Of a DNA stretch of 64,000 bases, positions 60,622 to 64,000 are shown one piece after another. The notes below the pieces were generated by a model. That model saw only the letters and a list, made by a program, of their open reading frames with translations, did not search any database and had not been told where the DNA came from. Within the stretch, counting starts at the first letter, position 1, and every line of letters begins with the position of its first letter. The translations under genes and the position numbers were made by a program. This DNA comes from Hyphomicrobiales bacterium (GTDB lineage Bacteria > Pseudomonadota > Alphaproteobacteria > SPJN01). The stretch lies in the NCBI GenBank assembly GCA_006844605.1, contig SPJN01000004.1, forward strand, positions 78,635-142,634, written 5' to 3'.

Positions 60622-61946
60622 ACGTCATGAAATTGATCAGTGAAGAAGCGTGGGAAGACGTTATTGGCTATAAGCCTGCCCATCCGATCACCTATCCGAC
60701 ACCGCCGGGTTTCGACCTTGCCGATGTGTCTATGTGGACCAAGGGGCATCCGTTTGATTTTTATAAGCAATTGCGCGAAGAAGCGCCCGTTGCCTGGTTC
60801 GATGTGCCGGAGGCTCAGGGTTTTTGGGCCGTCACCCGTTACGAAGATATTAAACAAGTTGAATTGCACCCTGAGATTTTCTCCTCACAAATGGGCGGCA
60901 TCAACATGGCTTATGGCAAGCCAAATGAACGGCACCCCCGGTTGCACAGCGCGACACTGAACACGTTGATCAGTATGGATCGGCCGCAGCACATCGACCT
61001 GCGGATGCAACACCGTGATTTCTTTACCCCCCAATATGTGGAAAGCCTGCGCGAACGTGTGCGTGGGGAAGTGACCCGCCTGTTGGACAATGTAGAGAAA
61101 AATGGGCCGAAAACAGATTTCGTCAAACATTTTTCAACTCGTCTGCCATTGTTTACCCTTTGTGAAATGATGGGCATTCCCGAACGTGACCGGGCCAAGG
61201 TTGTGCGGTGGATGTACTATCTTGAACAGGCTGCGGCCTTGTTTTCGCAACGGACAAAGGGGGGGATCCCGCCTTATCTGTTCATTATGCGCTTTATGTG
61301 GAACATCCGTCAGATGTTCAAATATGGCGAAAAGGCATTGAATGGCCGCCGCGCCAATCCGCAAGATGACCTGATGACGAAAATTGCCCAAGCCACCATA
61401 GGGGATGAACAATTGCGTCAGGAATTTTTGGATGGTGCATGGCTGCTGATTATTTTCGCCGGTAATGACACCACACGTAATTCGCTGTCAGGCACGATGC
61501 GTCTGCTGACCGAATTCCCTGACCAACGCCAGCGTGTGTTGGATGATCCGTCATTGATCCCGCAAATGGCACAGGAAGCTGTCCGCATGACGTCGCCTGT
61601 TATTCATATGCGTCGGACTGTGACGCAGGATACTGAACTGAACGGCCAGAAAATGGTGCGCGGTGAAAAAGTGATCATGTGGTACGGCTCAGCCAATCGT
61701 GACCCGGCGGTGTTTGAAGACCCGGATCGGTTTGATGTGACACGTGCCAATGCAACCGACCATATGGCATTCGGCTTTGGTCCCCATGTTTGCCTTGGCC
61801 AGCGAATTGCTGCCATGCAGATTGAGGAAGCCTATAAGCAAATCCTTGAACGCTTCCCCAACATCAAATGGACAGGCAAGCAGGACATTTCGATGAACAA
61901 TTTCGTTCACGCGATTAATGGACTGGAGGTTGATATCCGGGGCTAG
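60618..61946 (+). CDS. Cytochrome P450
   Basis: Heme-binding loop FGFGPHVCLGQRIA, I-helix AGNDTTRN, EXXR (EAVRMTSP). Confidence 0.85.
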   Translation: MNVMKLISEEAWEDVIGYKPAHPITYPTPPGFDLADVSMWTKGHPFDFYKQLREEAPVAWFDVPEAQGFWAVTRYEDIKQVELHPEIFSSQMGGINMAYGKPNERHPRLHSATLNTLISMDRPQHIDLRMQHRDFFTPQYVESLRERVRGEVTRLLDNVEKNGPKTDFVKHFSTRLPLFTLCEMMGIPERDRAKVVRWMYYLEQAAALFSQRTKGGIPPYLFIMRFMWNIRQMFKYGEKALNGRRANPQDDLMTKIAQATIGDEQLRQEFLDGAWLLIIFAGNDTTRNSLSGTMRLLTEFPDQRQRVLDDPSLIPQMAQEAVRMTSPVIHMRRTVTQDTELNGQKMVRGEKVIMWYGSANRDPAVFEDPDRFDVTRANATDHMAFGFGPHVCLGQRIAAMQIEEAYKQILERFPNIKWTGKQDISMNNFVHAINGLEVDIRG

Positions 61947-61987
61947 ACCTGTCCTGAACGGATGATCAACCGAAGACAGTTGTGATT

Positions 61988-62029
61988 GATGGCGCGGTGC
62001 CGGGGTTATCCCGCCGCGCCATCTTTTTT
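61988..62029. terminator. Bidirectional terminator hairpin between the convergent P450 and MFS genes
   Basis: Perfect 10-bp stem GATGGCGCGG...CCGCGCCATC followed by TTTTTT on the plus strand; overlaps the last codons of the MFS gene. Confidence 0.5.
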
Positions 62030-63478
62030 GTCGCCACGTGCCATCAGGGCAAGGTGAATATTCTTCAGCCGTTCCTTGGTGATGTCGTAACGCATCACAA
62101 ACAGCAGTGCCAAAATACTCAACGGTGCCCAAATCGGTCCGCCCAGCAAGGCCACCCAATTCAATGTCTCTTGCGGAATGTCACCAGCCTGCGAGGCGTT
62201 TTCGGGGAAACCGATCAGGTCCAGACCAACACCGCCCAGCAATGTGCCGACACCGGTTGCCGCCTTCGCTGAAAATGAGCGCGCGCCAAAAAATATGCCT
62301 TCTTGTCGGTCGCCATAGCGGGCCTCGTAATCATCGGTGATGTCAGCCATCATGCTGTCGCCAATCACAAGTGTGATCCCGACCAGCAAGGCCCACATGG
62401 CCGTCCAGCCAGATACATGCCAGATCAACATGGGGTCGCCGTTTTCAGGAAACACGCCGTAAAGACGGGATAGGACGGGTACGGCTCCAACCAGTATAGA
62501 TGCGGCCAACGCCCCCAGAAACAATGTTTTCTTTTCCATATGGGGGGCAAGCGAAGCAGCTGTGGGAATACCGATCATGATGCCGAACATCAATGACATG
62601 GCATAAATGAACAACTGGTCTGTTGTGAATTCCCAAAAGAAAACCCCAACATGATTGGTAAATGCCTTTTGAATGCCAGACAGGATAAAGATGGCAAGAA
62701 GACCACTGAACAAGGCGCTGAAGCTGCGGACGCTCAACGCCTGTTTCAGTTCGCGAAAGGCCTTTCGAAGGGCACGGATCGGATGGCTGTCGGTTAAATT
62801 GGCGTTGCGCGAGATGTCCCGAAATTTGGTCGTGCGCCAGATCATGACCATCGCGCTGACTGCAATCATAATGACCGTCATGATGATATAGGAGCGATAG
62901 CCGTCAGGGTTCAACATGCCATTGGCATAGTCCGGTGTTTCGGCAAAGAAGACACCGAAAGCCAAACCCAAAATGATGATAGAGGCGACATAGCCAACCA
63001 TTTGCCGCCACACAACGATACTAGTCCGTTCATGATAATCTGAGCTCATCTCAGCGCCGAGCGAGATATAGGGGACGCCCAACAACGTCATGGCCCCACG
63101 TGCCAGAATGGTGAACACCAACATCCAGAGGAACAACTGCATATCAGCCAGTCCGGCTGGAGGTTGGAAAATGGCATAGATACTAAGCGTCAGTGGAATG
63201 ATTGATGCCATCATAAACGGATGACGCCGGCCAAACCGCTTGCCCCGCCACCCGTCAGAGAGGGAGCCGACCAAGGGGTCCGTGACCGCATCAAAGACAA
63301 GGGCAATGGCAACGGCCAATCCCGCCAATGTGCCGGGCAGGCCCAAAACCTGATTATAGTAAAAGAACAAAAACGTATCGAACGCGACAAAGTTTGCCGA
63401 TTCAGCTATTTGCCCAGTGGCATAGCCGAGTTTGTCTTTTACGCTGACAGTCTTTTTCGGTGCCGCCAAGTCGGTCAT
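62006..63478 (-). CDS. MFS transporter, glycoside-pentoside-hexuronide (GPH) cation symporter family
   Basis: N-terminal DKLGYATGQ motif typical of MelB/GPH, 12 TM, 490 aa. Confidence 0.7.
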   Translation of the reverse strand: MTDLAAPKKTVSVKDKLGYATGQIAESANFVAFDTFLFFYYNQVLGLPGTLAGLAVAIALVFDAVTDPLVGSLSDGWRGKRFGRRHPFMMASIIPLTLSIYAIFQPPAGLADMQLFLWMLVFTILARGAMTLLGVPYISLGAEMSSDYHERTSIVVWRQMVGYVASIIILGLAFGVFFAETPDYANGMLNPDGYRSYIIMTVIMIAVSAMVMIWRTTKFRDISRNANLTDSHPIRALRKAFRELKQALSVRSFSALFSGLLAIFILSGIQKAFTNHVGVFFWEFTTDQLFIYAMSLMFGIMIGIPTAASLAPHMEKKTLFLGALAASILVGAVPVLSRLYGVFPENGDPMLIWHVSGWTAMWALLVGITLVIGDSMMADITDDYEARYGDRQEGIFFGARSFSAKAATGVGTLLGGVGLDLIGFPENASQAGDIPQETLNWVALLGGPIWAPLSILALLFVMRYDITKERLKNIHLALMARGDKKDGAAG

Positions 63479-63613
63479 TGTCTGCTAATCCCCCAACGCT
63501 GCGTGTTGCAGCCAGTCATCAGTTTTATTGTCACTTGTCAGATAGGTAAAGAAATATTCTTGATTGCTTGATCAATTTTTAGTTCACTATGTGAAACAAA
63601 ATGGGCAGGTAAA

Positions 63614-64000
63614 ATGAAACTAACAAAGCACCCTATGAACACCGGATTTGATTGGCAGGATCGGCAGGGGCCATTTAAGCTGATTACCGATGCGCAGGCT
63701 GCGCAATATAACAATCAGGGTTTTTTCGTTCTTGAAAATGTTTTTTCTGCGGAAGAAATCGCTGCGGTTGAAGCGGCGATTGACCCATTGGAACAACAGA
63801 CCGAGGCGTTTTTGCGCACACAGGCTGATGGCAAATTGTTTATCGCGCAGGCTGATCAAATCACCTTCACTATCAACTGTGTGTTGCATAACGAAGTCTT
63901 GAAACGGTTTACCCAGCATAATGTGTTTGCTGATTTGTGCCATGACTTGATGGGGCCTGACTGTCGGTTGTATTGGGATCAAGCGGTTTACAAAAAGCCT
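63614..64000 (+). CDS. Phytanoyl-CoA dioxygenase (PhyH)-family protein, N-terminal part (runs off the window end)
   Basis: Own translation: MKLTKHPMNTGFDWQDRQGPFKLITDAQAAQYNNQGFFVLENVFSAEEIAA...CHDLMGPDCRLYWDQAVYKKP, a PhyH-like N-terminus. Not in the ORF track because it has no stop within the window. Confidence 0.55.
   Translation, partial: MKLTKHPMNTGFDWQDRQGPFKLITDAQAAQYNNQGFFVLENVFSAEEIAAVEAAIDPLEQQTEAFLRTQADGKLFIAQADQITFTINCVLHNEVLKRFTQHNVFADLCHDLMGPDCRLYWDQAVYKKP

Noticed and set aside
63620-63982. 120-aa minus-strand ORF at the window end.
   Set aside because: It is antisense to a convincing PhyH-family CDS on the plus strand (63614 onward), which the ORF track misses because it has no stop codon within the window.

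Overview
This is a 64-kb, high-GC window of bacterial chromosome read by eye; the gene content suggests a marine alphaproteobacterium (hom-glpX-recJ synteny, an NDUFS4-like small protein, pseudaminic acid genes). Coding density is about 90 percent, with no rRNA, no CRISPR, and no IS or integrase genes recognised.

Layout along the window:
- 0-13.9 kb: core housekeeping genes (pxpCBA, LpxL-like acyltransferase, argC, OmpA-like lipoprotein, aminotransferase, hom, glpX, recJ, tRNA-Glu, SDR, sufU-like, sufS).
- 13.9-21.7 kb: a ten-gene, translationally coupled Mrp-like membrane complex operon on the minus strand. Its gene order is archaeal/Mbh-like (E-F-G-B'-B-C-D-D-x-A') and it carries three antiporter-like subunits.
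- 21.7-24.3 kb: a two-cold-shock-domain protein, a DUF192 protein, a PaaI thioesterase, and tRNA-Pro / NDUFS4-like gene / tRNA-Arg.
- 24.5-30.1 kb: a complete pseudaminic acid pathway operon, pseBCFGHI.
- 30-37 kb: SnoaL-like protein, VOC protein, yggT, yggU-like protein, D-aminoacylase, epoxide hydrolase, and a TonB-dependent receptor.
- 37.4-44 kb: a split YeeE/YedE pair, a sulfotransferase, and a cobalamin riboswitch followed by a BtuB-like receptor and BtuFCD-like ABC importer.
- 44-47.4 kb: GH29 fucosidase and an ABC-F ATPase.
- 48.1-51 kb: a low-GC island with four genes of unknown function (two paralogous secreted Cys-containing proteins, a membrane protein, a small protein) downstream of an HxlR regulator.
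- 51.5-56.6 kb: cupin protein, thiolase, enoyl-CoA hydratase, gamma-CA/PaaY-like protein, and a Cys-type sulfatase.
- 57-64 kb: an oxygenative catabolic cluster (Baeyer-Villiger monooxygenase, MDR dehydrogenase, alpha/beta hydrolase, P450) followed by a convergent MFS transporter and a PhyH-family protein cut off by the window edge.

The best candidates for undescribed biology are the unusual Mrp-like complex, the low-GC four-gene island, and the BVMO/P450 cluster of unknown substrate. All family assignments come from motifs read by eye in the translated ORFs; no database searches were run.
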